Shown here: piece after piece, positions 1 through 7,301 of the stretch | How positions within the stretch are numbered: position 1 is the first letter of the stretch | Layout: each line of letters opens with the position of its first letter | Virus record (IMG/VR): IMGVR_UViG_3300021471_000162 | Reading direction: 5' to 3' (one strand) | DNA length: 34,070 bases | DNA from: a virus | Notes under the pieces: model-generated | Databases searched by the model: none | What the model was told of the DNA's origin: nothing | Seen by the model: only the letters and a program-made list of their open reading frames with translations | Made by a program: the position numbers and the translations under genes

Positions 1-127
1 GGAATCTGCTCAAAGAGAATCCGTCAGCAGCGATACGATGGTATGGGGGGTATATCGATTGAGCACCACAACAGGGCATCCTCCAGGTTCGAAAAGAATG
101 TCCGGCGAATGCCTGCCGCCTCCAGAT
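1..127. repeat. Terminal direct repeat, copy 1 (circular assembly overlap)
   Basis: 1-127 is identical to 33944-34070 (ggaatctgctc...gcctccagat); 127 bp matches a common assembler k-mer. Confidence 0.95.
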
Positions 128-769
128 CCAGATAGTCTCGTTGAAAGAGATCGCATCATAATGCAAGCGATATGTGATCACAAACATCCTACAATGTCGC
201 TCAACGATCTCGGTTTTAGTGGGGTGATATGGGCAAAAGCGTTCACCCGCGTCCGAAAAAGATTTGCCATCGAAAGAGCACCAATCGGACGAAAAAGATA
301 CTGCACTCCTGATGAAAAAACAAAAGAGCGGATGCGAGACGCAATATCAGAAGACACTATTCGGATCACCAGCAGACAGCATGGTTTTCTGCTTGCACTT
401 TCGGGTGGGCATCTCTCTTGTAAGGATGTTGCAAATGCGATTGGGGTATCGTATGCGACTGCGGCACTCATGTTGCGAAGGTTGCGAGATGCGGGAGTGG
501 TGCGCATGCGACATATATCAGGGAAACTGTATGTATACGAACTCACTGCACCGTATTCAGAACTCGAAAAAAGAATCTATATCAGCGATGCACACACAGG
601 TCCCCCGGTGTCGGACATGGAAGCTCGCTACTATGCGATCCTCCGGAATTCTGGATTGACGGGGCTAACTCTGTCGGATCAATACCGGAAGATATTCCCA
701 CATCGGTCGGAGAAGAGTGTTGCTTCTAACGTGCGCAGGATAGCCACGAAAAAAAGGTGGTGCAGATAA
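98..769 (+). CDS. Winged-helix DNA-binding protein
   Basis: LSCKDVANAIGVSYATAALMLRRLRDAGVV is wHTH-like; start moved to ATG 98 (track starts at 38). Confidence 0.65.
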   Translation: MSGECLPPPDPDSLVERDRIIMQAICDHKHPTMSLNDLGFSGVIWAKAFTRVRKRFAIERAPIGRKRYCTPDEKTKERMRDAISEDTIRITSRQHGFLLALSGGHLSCKDVANAIGVSYATAALMLRRLRDAGVVRMRHISGKLYVYELTAPYSELEKRIYISDAHTGPPVSDMEARYYAILRNSGLTGLTLSDQYRKIFPHRSEKSVASNVRRIATKKRWCR

Positions 770-894
770 GATCATATATACTTATAAATCACTCGACTAT
801 TAATAATGCTGCGCATCGGAAAACAAAGCATCTCGTACCGTCTTTCTGATATTCATATAGACTATGTGAATGAAACCGATAGCAGTAGCCACAT

Positions 895-920
895 CGAAAC
901 GTATATATACGTTGCGCACA
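895..920 (+). promoter_or_regulatory. Promoter/operator with 16-bp palindrome AACGTATATATACGTT
   Basis: 26 bp identical to 31710-31735; TATA-like core upstream of ORF 960. Confidence 0.65.
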
Positions 921-959
921 TAGATTACATTGCGCAATATGCGCAGGAGATGAAACAAC

Positions 960-1160
960 ATGGCAACGTACACAAAACAAGCAAATGGCATCACTACCGC
1001 AATCTCAATCGGGAGGGCAGCAGAGGATAGCTATATTTCAGTCCAGATCAGATCGCACAAGGGGCTTGAGATCATTGAAGGAGCGCATATCTGGATTCCA
1101 GTAACGGAATTTCAGAAACTCTGTGAGGCAGCAATCAAAGAGGCGGGGCAATCCGCCTGA
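960..1160 (+). CDS. Small hypothetical early protein
   Basis: RBS GGAGA upstream; ORF ends inside hairpin repeat 1 (EAGQSA*). Confidence 0.7.
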   Translation: MATYTKQANGITTAISIGRAAEDSYISVQIRSHKGLEIIEGAHIWIPVTEFQKLCEAAIKEAGQSA

Positions 1161-1183
1161 TATTTTTCGAGGTGAGATAAATG
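1142..1183 (+). repeat. Hairpin-T tract-RBS repeat, copy 1
   Basis: GGCGGG-GCAA-TCCGCC tgatatttttc GAGGTGA gataa ATG. Confidence 0.9.
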
Positions 1184-1396
1184 AGTTCCGAGAAATACAT
1201 CAACTACCGCTGCGCAGCTGATCGGCGCATTATGACAATCTCGATCTTGGCATCGAGCAAAGCTAAGTTCGTCATGTTCCAGTTGTGGCTCAAAGAACAT
1301 CGCCCCGGACGAGAGTGGTACCAGGGCGAGGTGATGGATGAGATCATCAGCGACTCCACATTATGGAGAGAATTCCTCGCACAGGAGGTACGATAA
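1181..1396 (+). CDS. Small hypothetical protein
   Basis: 71 aa; starts at the ATG of repeat 1. Confidence 0.75.
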   Translation: MSSEKYINYRCAADRRIMTISILASSKAKFVMFQLWLKEHRPGREWYQGEVMDEIISDSTLWREFLAQEVR

Positions 1397-1524
1397 TGGC
1401 ACGCATCTTGGTCATCAAGAACCTGCCAGACGGCGCAGATGCCGAATGGGTGCAGGACGGATTGCGGCGGATGCTCGGTGATGACATCGAGATACAACAG
1501 ATCGCGATCGAGGAGACAGCGTAG
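1396..1524 (+). CDS. 42-aa hypothetical protein (not in track)
   Basis: MARILVIKNLPDGADAEWVQDGLRRMLGDDIEIQQIAIEETA; GGAGG RBS; stop overlaps hairpin 2. Confidence 0.65.
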   Translation: MARILVIKNLPDGADAEWVQDGLRRMLGDDIEIQQIAIEETA

Positions 1525-1565
1525 GCGGGATCACCCGTCTACACTTTTCAGAGGTGAGAGAAATG
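1524..1565 (+). repeat. Hairpin-T tract-RBS repeat, copy 2 (diverged)
   Basis: GGCGGG-ATCA-CCCGTC tacacttttca GAGGTGA gagaa ATG. Confidence 0.75.
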
Positions 1566-1799
1566 ACCATAAGAACAATATGCGAAATATGTGGCAAAGT
1601 GGTCGCATACACGGACCCGAATCAGCAAGCGTTCGAGGCTATCAACAACCCTGATCAGTTCTGCGAATGCATGATCGATGCAGAGCACATCAAATCGTTG
1701 ATGGAGGAAGGGTACACGATCAACGAGGTAGCCGAGACAATGAACCACTCGAGAGATTGGGTTCAAAAGAGAATTGATCTGGCGGAGCAATCCGCCTGA
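1563..1799 (+). CDS. Small Zn-finger plus HTH protein
   Basis: CEIC...CEC, then GYTINEVAETMNHSRDWVQKRI HTH-like; ends AEQSA* in hairpin 3. Confidence 0.7.
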   Translation: MTIRTICEICGKVVAYTDPNQQAFEAINNPDQFCECMIDAEHIKSLMEEGYTINEVAETMNHSRDWVQKRIDLAEQSA

Positions 1800-1823
1800 A
1801 TTTTTCAAGAGGTGAGAAAAATG
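1781..1823 (+). repeat. Hairpin-T tract-RBS repeat, copy 3
   Basis: GGCGGA-GCAA-TCCGCC tgaatttttcaa GAGGTGA gaaaa ATG. Confidence 0.9.
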
Positions 1824-2090
1824 AGATGCAAAGTATGTGGACACGAGGCGGAGGAGTGTGTTGATTGCAGCTCACTGCTCTGTCAGAATCCAGATTGTGA
1901 TGCAGTCGGAACAGTGGTCGTTTTGGCGGCAGATCCTTGCGAAAACTGCAAGAAAAACGTTCTTCCTGCACAGATCGCAGTTGATCACATATACACAGAC
2001 TTCAACGATGTCGTTAATGACGCTGACGAAGTATCGATGATAATCAAGCACCCTGTGACCATCTGCTCGGCGGAGCAATCCGCCGATTAA
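1821..2090 (+). CDS. Cys-rich Zn-binding protein
   Basis: CKVC, CVDC, CQNPDC, CENC motifs; ends SAEQSAD* in hairpin 4. Confidence 0.75.
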   Translation: MRCKVCGHEAEECVDCSSLLCQNPDCDAVGTVVVLAADPCENCKKNVLPAQIAVDHIYTDFNDVVNDADEVSMIIKHPVTICSAEQSAD

Positions 2091-2109
2091 TTTCAGAGGT
2101 AAGATAATG
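2069..2109 (+). repeat. Hairpin-T tract-RBS repeat, copy 4
   Basis: GGCGGA-GCAA-TCCGCC gattaatttca GAGGTAA gata ATG. Confidence 0.9.
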
Positions 2110-2343
2110 AATATTGAAACAGCAAGAATTGATGGTGGGATGAATATCCCACAGATTCGAGACGAAATAAAAATCTGTGAACGGATTAAGCGAGAAGAGA
2201 TAAACCGAGTTCACAGACTTAAAGCGGAAATGGAAAAAGCATTTCGTATTATTTCAACTATGGATCAAGAAATTAAAGAATTCAATAATGAGATAAGAAA
2301 AATTGAATCACAGGAGACTAACAGAACGAATGACGCACAGTAA
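2107..2343 (+). CDS. Small coiled-coil protein
   Basis: 78 aa, charged heptad-like pattern. Confidence 0.7.
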   Translation: MNIETARIDGGMNIPQIRDEIKICERIKREEINRVHRLKAEMEKAFRIISTMDQEIKEFNNEIRKIESQETNRTNDAQ

Positions 2344-2348
2344 CACAA

Positions 2349-2390
2349 GGCGGAGCAATCCGCCTAATATTTTCCGAGGTGAGATCAATG
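2349..2390 (+). repeat. Hairpin-T tract-RBS repeat, copy 5
   Basis: GGCGGA-GCAA-TCCGCC taatattttcc GAGGTGA gatca ATG. Confidence 0.9.
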
Positions 2391-2546
2391 ACGACAATAA
2401 TCTGCTGTAAGTGCGGCAAAGAAGCGCAGATCAGCCAGGACAAACGATTGGCTGTCTGCATGAACATTGAGTGTGGAAATTGGAAGAAATTCGCTAAGAT
2501 CGGCAGCGCATTTTTCCATGTAAATTACATGGAGGTGGCGGGGTGA
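2388..2546 (+). CDS. 52-aa Zn-ribbon protein (not in track)
   Basis: MTTIICCKCGKEAQISQDKRLAVCMNIECGNW...; starts at the ATG of repeat 5. Confidence 0.7.
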   Translation: MTTIICCKCGKEAQISQDKRLAVCMNIECGNWKKFAKIGSAFFHVNYMEVAG

Positions 2547-2776
2547 TTAGAATGGACATAAAAACGAACTGCGCAGCGATTTGCACCAAGTTGCGAAACA
2601 TGGGGTTTGATGAACATGGTATACTCTCCATCATCCCAGATTCTATACTACTCGATGTGGTGCGGCGATGGAACTTCAACACACAAGAAAAACACCTCTC
2701 GAAACACCTTCTCGATTACAACTACCTCGAGAGGGCAGAGGGAGGCTACCGACTAACTGGAGCTGATCTAGGATGA
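2543..2776 (+). CDS. Hypothetical protein, possibly wHTH
   Basis: GGAGGTG RBS; GTGA overlap with upstream stop; C-terminal YLERAEGGYRLT is wing-like. Confidence 0.6.
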   Translation: MIRMDIKTNCAAICTKLRNMGFDEHGILSIIPDSILLDVVRRWNFNTQEKHLSKHLLDYNYLERAEGGYRLTGADLG

Positions 2777-2916
2777 ATACAAAAGAATGTTTACGTTGTT
2801 TAGAACGGAATCACCCACTACGCGTACATCATCCGCACACAAACCGGATATGTGTGAGGTACGGTTTCATGTCTACGAGATTGATCGTATCCGTCGGGAG
2901 GGGTCACGATGTGTGA
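2773..2916 (+). CDS. 47-aa hypothetical protein (not in track)
   Basis: ATGA overlap; MNTKECLRCLERNHP... Confidence 0.4.
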   Translation: MNTKECLRCLERNHPLRVHHPHTNRICVRYGFMSTRLIVSVGRGHDV

Positions 2917-3232
2917 TCAATCTCTTCCACACACACATGTAGTGCCTGCCGGTCTTGTCGGCGGGACAGTTCTCGAGACAGTTGTCAGCGATGCTGACAT
3001 AGAGCGCACAATCGCTGTAGAGGACACGCTGGACACACCCCCTACGCAACCAAGTTACAGCAAGGCAGTGATGAACGCATTCCGACGCGCTAAACGAGTT
3101 AGTGAAAAGAACAACGAGCGATGCCGCGCAATTGTCGAATCATTGCGCAAAGAACGCGAAAACACCGCCTCTATAGAGCAAGGCGAACCCCATAAGGTAT
3201 CTAAACAAAAAACGATCTCAGATTTTTGGTGA
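2909..3232 (+). CDS. Hypothetical protein with C-terminal PCNA-interacting (PIP) motif
   Basis: Ends KQKTISDFW, matching Q-x-x-[ILM]-x-x-F-aromatic. Confidence 0.65.
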   Translation: MCDQSLPHTHVVPAGLVGGTVLETVVSDADIERTIAVEDTLDTPPTQPSYSKAVMNAFRRAKRVSEKNNERCRAIVESLRKERENTASIEQGEPHKVSKQKTISDFW

Positions 3233-3246
3233 AATGATTGCGCAGG

Positions 3247-3753
3247 TTACCCCGTAACATACTCCTGTACATAAATATCAAAAAGCAGATCGATCCATCG
3301 CGCGTACTCTTCATCCTTCGGTCGGATCGGATCATCTGCCTGGAGCCACTCGAGGTTCAACGGCATCCGGATCACTCTGTCGTACGTGGGCATCCATCGG
3401 ATTGCCTCACTGTACAAATCTTTCCATCTGCACAGGATTTGATCACAATCTTCCGTCTCTTCGATCGACGCGACAGCGATATCAAGATAGTACATGAGAT
3501 TGTCCATCACGGTTCGATCACAGATCACCACGTCCACATCGAGGCTCATGGCGTGTTTTTCGGCTGCCATCTGATGTTCCCATATCCACTCCTGACAAGG
3601 GATCGTACCGAGACGGAGAGGACACGATCTGGCGATCTCCTCAACTACGTACACCGTGCTGCCGACATCGATGTACTGATCTTTCAGTTCGTGTGTTTTT
3701 GTCGTTTTGCCGACGCCGTGCACTCCATACACACCGATTTTTATCTGTTTCAT
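3247..3753 (-). CDS. P-loop nucleotide kinase-like protein (AAA_28/NadR-type)
   Basis: Walker A GVHGVGKT, VEEIAR, VVICDRTVMD. Confidence 0.75.
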   Translation of the reverse strand: MKQIKIGVYGVHGVGKTTKTHELKDQYIDVGSTVYVVEEIARSCPLRLGTIPCQEWIWEHQMAAEKHAMSLDVDVVICDRTVMDNLMYYLDIAVASIEETEDCDQILCRWKDLYSEAIRWMPTYDRVIRMPLNLEWLQADDPIRPKDEEYARWIDLLFDIYVQEYVTG

Positions 3754-3935
3754 TGGTTCGATTCCGAATCTGATAACTCAATACCATACCATTCGTATAT
3801 ATCATCGAGAAACTCTTCTGACAGAGTTTCACTCCGATTTTCTATTGTAGTCTGTAAACGCGTACGATATCCAAAATCCCCCTCGTATCGCTCTATACGC
3901 AATCGCAACTCTATAAATTCATTATTCGATTTCAT
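3750..3935 (-). CDS. Small acidic hypothetical protein
   Basis: 61 aa, tightly overlapped in operon. Confidence 0.55.
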   Translation of the reverse strand: MKSNNEFIELRLRIERYEGDFGYRTRLQTTIENRSETLSEEFLDDIYEWYGIELSDSESNQ

Positions 3936-4221
3936 AAAATCCCTTCTTACCCCAATTTCTGTATTCTATTCGATCAATAGATATATCTATATAACTGGTA
4001 GCAGAAGTGCATACTCTTACTAGATATGCGATTCTGTCACGCTCTACCTGCAACTTAAAGACTTTTTCCACCTCACCGACCACTGTTTTTTCTGATAAAG
4101 TCACCGTTACAGTGTCGCCTTTTTTGATAGTTTTGTTGCCCACTTTCAACGAGTCCAGTTCTTCAGATTTGTGGTAAGTATACCACCTGTCAAACAAAAA
4201 AAACCTCTCTCCTTCTTTCAT
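3922..4221 (-). CDS. Hypothetical beta-rich protein
   Basis: 99 aa; IKKGDTVTV is SH3/KOW-like. Confidence 0.6.
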   Translation of the reverse strand: MKEGERFFLFDRWYTYHKSEELDSLKVGNKTIKKGDTVTVTLSEKTVVGEVEKVFKLQVERDRIAYLVRVCTSATSYIDISIDRIEYRNWGKKGFYEIE

Positions 4222-4239
4222 ATTTTCATACCTCGTTTA

Positions 4240-4347
4240 CTATCTATCATGCGAACCTACCATCATGCAATGGTCTTTCACTTCATGTACTTTCGCGGTT
4301 TTGCCACTGCCATGTACTCCGCATATTCCAATCTTTGTTTGTTTCAT
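4240..4347 (-). pseudogene. Truncated paralog of the P-loop kinase N-terminus
   Basis: MKQTKIGICGVHGSGKTAKVHEVKDHCMMVGSHDR* versus MKQIKIGVYGVHGVGKTTKTHELKDQYIDVGS (20/32 identical by eye). Confidence 0.8.
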
Positions 4348-4353
4348 TTATAT

Positions 4354-4521
4354 TCACTTGAACTGATCATAATCTCTGATCTTCCGATCGAGCCAGATAA
4401 AAAACGGTCGCGGGTACTGTTCCCACGCATGCTCAAGCACATACTGAATTACTGCCGCATCATTGGTTGGATTCTCTTCCAATACTTTCTGCAGCCCATC
4501 TCTAAATTCCATGTCTAACAT
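4354..4521 (-). CDS. Small hypothetical protein
   Basis: Operon position; start uncertain (4521 or 4512). Confidence 0.5.
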   Translation of the reverse strand: MLDMEFRDGLQKVLEENPTNDAAVIQYVLEHAWEQYPRPFFIWLDRKIRDYDQFK

Positions 4522-5095
4522 AATAATCCTCAAAAAGTGATTGTTGCCCACTTGGACGAAGATTGCAATAACGCCATAATATTATATCGATTACTCCGAT
4601 ACGCATAGATGTCTTTTTTTGTATTGCTCTGCACATTTCCATCGGCGTTTTATATCCAAACCGTCCCGCTAATCTAACGAGATGCCGATCAGGTTTTACG
4701 GTATCAATGCCGAGGTTCCGGGCTAAATGATGTTTGGTAACATGCCCGATCCATGGCAGCGTAACAAACCATTCTACCTTATTATCTGCATTTAACAATT
4801 GATCGTAATACATCTCACAGTGTTTGAGAACGTGTTCAATTGCCTTCCTTTTACCTGCATGACGTATCATGTTTGTATCCATTGTTTCCATATATCTCAC
4901 GAATACTGTTCTCGCTGCTTGTTCTCGCATTCCAGAATTAAGCACTACCCAAACATACTCTCTAAAAAAATCGTTGATTGTAACATCTTTAAATTCTGTT
5001 TCGTCACACCACGTAATCTCATGTTCATATCCCGCTTCAATCACATGAGTGTATGCTGTGTAAAAAAATTGCATTAATTCATCCGATGTGTCCAT
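4502..5095 (-). CDS. HhH-superfamily DNA glycosylase-like protein
   Basis: HhH motif LPWIGHVTKHHLARNLG followed by KPDRHLVRL (cf. PVDTHVxR); RBS GAGGA before ATG 5095. Confidence 0.65.
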   Translation of the reverse strand: MDTSDELMQFFYTAYTHVIEAGYEHEITWCDETEFKDVTINDFFREYVWVVLNSGMREQAARTVFVRYMETMDTNMIRHAGKRKAIEHVLKHCEMYYDQLLNADNKVEWFVTLPWIGHVTKHHLARNLGIDTVKPDRHLVRLAGRFGYKTPMEMCRAIQKKTSMRIGVIDIILWRYCNLRPSGQQSLFEDYYVRHGI

Positions 5096-5099
5096 TGTT

Positions 5100-5645
5100 T
5101 TATCCTCTGATCTTGTCATCTGGCTCAAAATACCTCTCCAACCATTCATCCCATCGGATCACGTACCACGTACGATCCATCCAGTCATCTCCGTAACGAG
5201 ACCTGAACCATGTGTCTGCGAGTTCGAGAGGGGTGAATCCCAAATTAGCCGAGTCCTCGAACCCGTCTGCCTTCGCCCATGCTTCCAGCTCACGGTTAGA
5301 CATCTCGATGGGACAGATGTCATAAACCTCCGTGATCTTCACTTTACCGAGGAAATGCGCGTAATACACATGTTGAAACATCAAATCATTCGACACCATT
5401 TCCGGCGGATCTGGATAAATTGGGTATGGATCGCTGCATAGCTTAGATTGAACCACTCTTACTCCCATCGGTGTAAGTTGTCGAATCGGCTTCTCAATAA
5501 TCCGCTTGCGCTGTTGATTATAAATGCTACAAATATTGCCGACCTCGATTCGATCATTTGCCCGCGTGGTCTGCCTCTTGCGTCCTGATAGCAGAGCATC
5601 GAGCCACATCCCTTGAAAGCTTAGTGCTGGCATGTTAGAACCCAT
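5100..5645 (-). CDS. ASCH domain protein
   Basis: LSFQGMWLDALLSGRKRQTTR, LGKVKITEV, AKADGF, YVIRW. Confidence 0.8.
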   Translation of the reverse strand: MGSNMPALSFQGMWLDALLSGRKRQTTRANDRIEVGNICSIYNQQRKRIIEKPIRQLTPMGVRVVQSKLCSDPYPIYPDPPEMVSNDLMFQHVYYAHFLGKVKITEVYDICPIEMSNRELEAWAKADGFEDSANLGFTPLELADTWFRSRYGDDWMDRTWYVIRWDEWLERYFEPDDKIRG

Positions 5646-5868
5646 CTCCTTCTGGCTGCTGGTCTGGTCTGATCCAAATTAAATCGCCACCACAATCAAG
5701 ACACCCTTGACGCATTATCGGATCTGCGTGATAACGATCCGCATACATAATCAGTCCGCATCGTTCGCAGAATATTCCCTGACGTAGGTTTTTGTCGTGT
5801 TGTGGATATCGTTCTGTTTTTGTTTGCTCAAGTTGTTCAACAATGACATCAATGATAGTTTTAGTCAT
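5635..5868 (-). CDS. Zn-ribbon protein
   Basis: CERC...CLDC; start moved to MTKTII. Confidence 0.65.
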   Translation of the reverse strand: MTKTIIDVIVEQLEQTKTERYPQHDKNLRQGIFCERCGLIMYADRYHADPIMRQGCLDCGGDLIWIRPDQQPEGDGF

Positions 5869-6032
5869 CAGATCACTTCCTTGATTCGAGTCCAGGTGCA
5901 TCCACCGCACGCGCAATCGAACGATGGACGGAGAACCCGCCCGTCTTTCCGGTGTGAATCTACAACAACCGCGTGCACCGCGTGGCAATTGTTACATCGA
6001 AACAGAGCAACCGTGATTGGTGTTGAAGACAT
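5868..6032 (-). CDS. Zn-ribbon protein
   Basis: CNNC...CACGGC; start moved to MSSTPI. Confidence 0.6.
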   Translation of the reverse strand: MSSTPITVALFRCNNCHAVHAVVVDSHRKDGRVLRPSFDCACGGCTWTRIKEVI

Positions 6033-6220
6033 CAGTCCACCGCCTTCAAATTGCATCTGGTTTTGTAATGACGCCGCCCATCTCTGGTGAAGTACCATGT
6101 TTGCCAGTTTGTCCTTGCGCTCCGTTCGCTCCGCAGATCGTTCCCACATACAGGGCAATACCATGGATACCCCAGCGAAAATTCACCTGCGAACGGAAGA
6201 GATAGATGTTCTTTGCTCAT
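6032..6220 (-). CDS. Small Cys-containing protein
   Basis: CPVC motif; GGAGG RBS. Confidence 0.55.
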   Translation of the reverse strand: MSKEHLSLPFAGEFSLGYPWYCPVCGNDLRSERSARTNWQTWYFTRDGRRHYKTRCNLKAVD

Positions 6221-6313
6221 GATTCAACGCCCTCCTATGGCATCTGTGCCAGATCCCATCCAATCCATCCGTCCGTGTTCCAACTGTGTGATTCTGTGTA
6301 CATGGTCATTCAA

Positions 6314-6499
6314 TCAATCCTCCTCGTTTTCGTCATGTATTTCAATCCAGTTCTTCCGAAACCGTTTATAGTGGCAATAATAGAGCTCAGGATTTCCTTC
6401 ATAGACATATTGAATATTGAAAAAAATTTTTTTTCGCACTCTACAAATATATCCCGTGTGTACATTCCTGTACTTCTTCCCGATTTCAATTGACGACAT
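6314..6499 (-). CDS. Small hypothetical protein
   Basis: IEIGKKYRN...YICRV beta-rich pattern. Confidence 0.6.
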   Translation of the reverse strand: MSSIEIGKKYRNVHTGYICRVRKKIFFNIQYVYEGNPELYYCHYKRFRKNWIEIHDENEED

Positions 6500-6502
6500 G
6501 AT

Positions 6503-6658
6503 TCAATCTTCCTCGATTTCTGCCATCATAGCGATCACATATCGATACGCCGATAACTGTCCTTCGAGATACTCTCTATGCGGGGGATCTGTGTCGATCG
6601 CATTCTCAAGACTCCGTATTCTCACTTCGATATCTTCACTGAACGTTTTCTTCAACAT
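6503..6658 (-). CDS. Small helical hypothetical protein
   Basis: GGAGGAG RBS before ATG 6658; first ORF after the tRNA-like element. Confidence 0.55.
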   Translation of the reverse strand: MLKKTFSEDIEVRIRSLENAIDTDPPHREYLEGQLSAYRYVIAMMAEIEED

Positions 6659-6675
6659 GGTTTTCTCCTCCATGA

Positions 6676-6728
6676 TACTCCCGGGCGGATTTGAACCGCC
6701 GTCACAGGGTCCAAAGCCCAACGGGAGT
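6676..6728 (-). tRNA. tRNA-Gln(UUG)-like element lacking the D-arm (truncated tRNA or attP candidate)
   Basis: ACTCCCG TT GGG CTTTGGA CCC TGTGAC GGCGG TTCAAAT CCGCC CGGGAGT A: 7-bp acceptor stem, TTG anticodon loop, complete T-arm, no D-arm. Confidence 0.75.
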
Positions 6729-6736
6729 GTGGCAGA

Positions 6737-6889
6737 CGCCGCGATCATGAGGCAATGTGACCGCGGCGACCTCTATGTTGCCCGGCGCAGGAGGGGAGTC
6801 TCAAAGAGGAGAACGGTAGGTGTGTGGGTGGGTGTAACCTGCGCCGAACAATGTACAGCCATCCTGCTGCAAGTGTATGTTTGGCAGCA
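6737..6889 (-). ncRNA. Structured leader upstream of the tRNA-like element
   Basis: Stems 6737-6743/6762-6768, 6783-6791/6838-6846 and 6865-6870/6884-6889; TATA-like TTTATATA just upstream on the minus strand. Confidence 0.4.
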
Positions 6890-6947
6890 CTCCTATATAA
6901 ATGTTGTGGCAGTAACCTATAAGTGTGATGAGAACCAATCATCCAAC

Positions 6948-7079
6948 ATGGTACAAATAAGTGTACGTCCGAAAACGAAGCAAAAGCTCCTGGAAATCCA
7001 GGAGCGTGATGAGCAGACATCGATGGATGGAGTGATACGGTATCTTCTGTTCAAGGCAGGAGAGGAGCGAGACTCATGA
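6948..7079 (+). CDS. Small ribbon-helix-helix-like regulator
   Basis: MVQISVRPKTKQKLLEIQERDEQTSMDGVIRYLL has the RHH pattern; sits at a divergent promoter. Confidence 0.65.
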   Translation: MVQISVRPKTKQKLLEIQERDEQTSMDGVIRYLLFKAGEERDS

Positions 7080-7261
7080 GAATCACCACAGGCGAGGGGC
7101 TCTCTCTCATAACTGGTGTATCTGACAATGATAAACTCGAAACCGTCCGAACTGCCGCGGTGTGTTTTGAACCGGAGTGCGACGAAGACGCGCGAGAGCT
7201 GATAGCGTTCATCAAACGATGTAGGGGCGATCGTGACATGGGAAGAGCAGATCACACATAA
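7076..7261 (+). CDS. Small hypothetical protein
   Basis: ATGA overlap with upstream gene. Confidence 0.5.
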   Translation: MRITTGEGLSLITGVSDNDKLETVRTAAVCFEPECDEDARELIAFIKRCRGDRDMGRADHT

Positions 7262-7301
7262 TCGATATCTGCTAGAAAAATGAGGTGCCGGAGGTTAATC
7301 A

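Noticed and set aside
1-127. Biological terminal repeat of a linear genome
   Set aside because: Exactly 127 bp and cuts through ORFs; better explained as an assembler k-mer overlap of a circle.
1142-2390. CRISPR or mini-CRISPR array
   Set aside because: Intervals are ~215-340 bp, encode ORFs, and the repeats contain an RBS and ATG; no cas genes seen.
3238-4023. 261-aa plus-strand ORF
   Set aside because: Antisense shadow of the kinase operon with no recognisable motifs or RBS.
5879-5908. tRNA 3'-end-like string (TTCGAGTCCAGGTGCATCCACC) on the plus strand
   Set aside because: T-stem has a mismatch, no 5' half or anticodon arm upstream, and it lies in a minus-strand Zn-ribbon CDS; likely chance.
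6417-7079. 220-aa plus-strand ORF
   Set aside because: Only the last 43 codons (RHH-like) look real; the rest is antisense to genes and the tRNA-like element.
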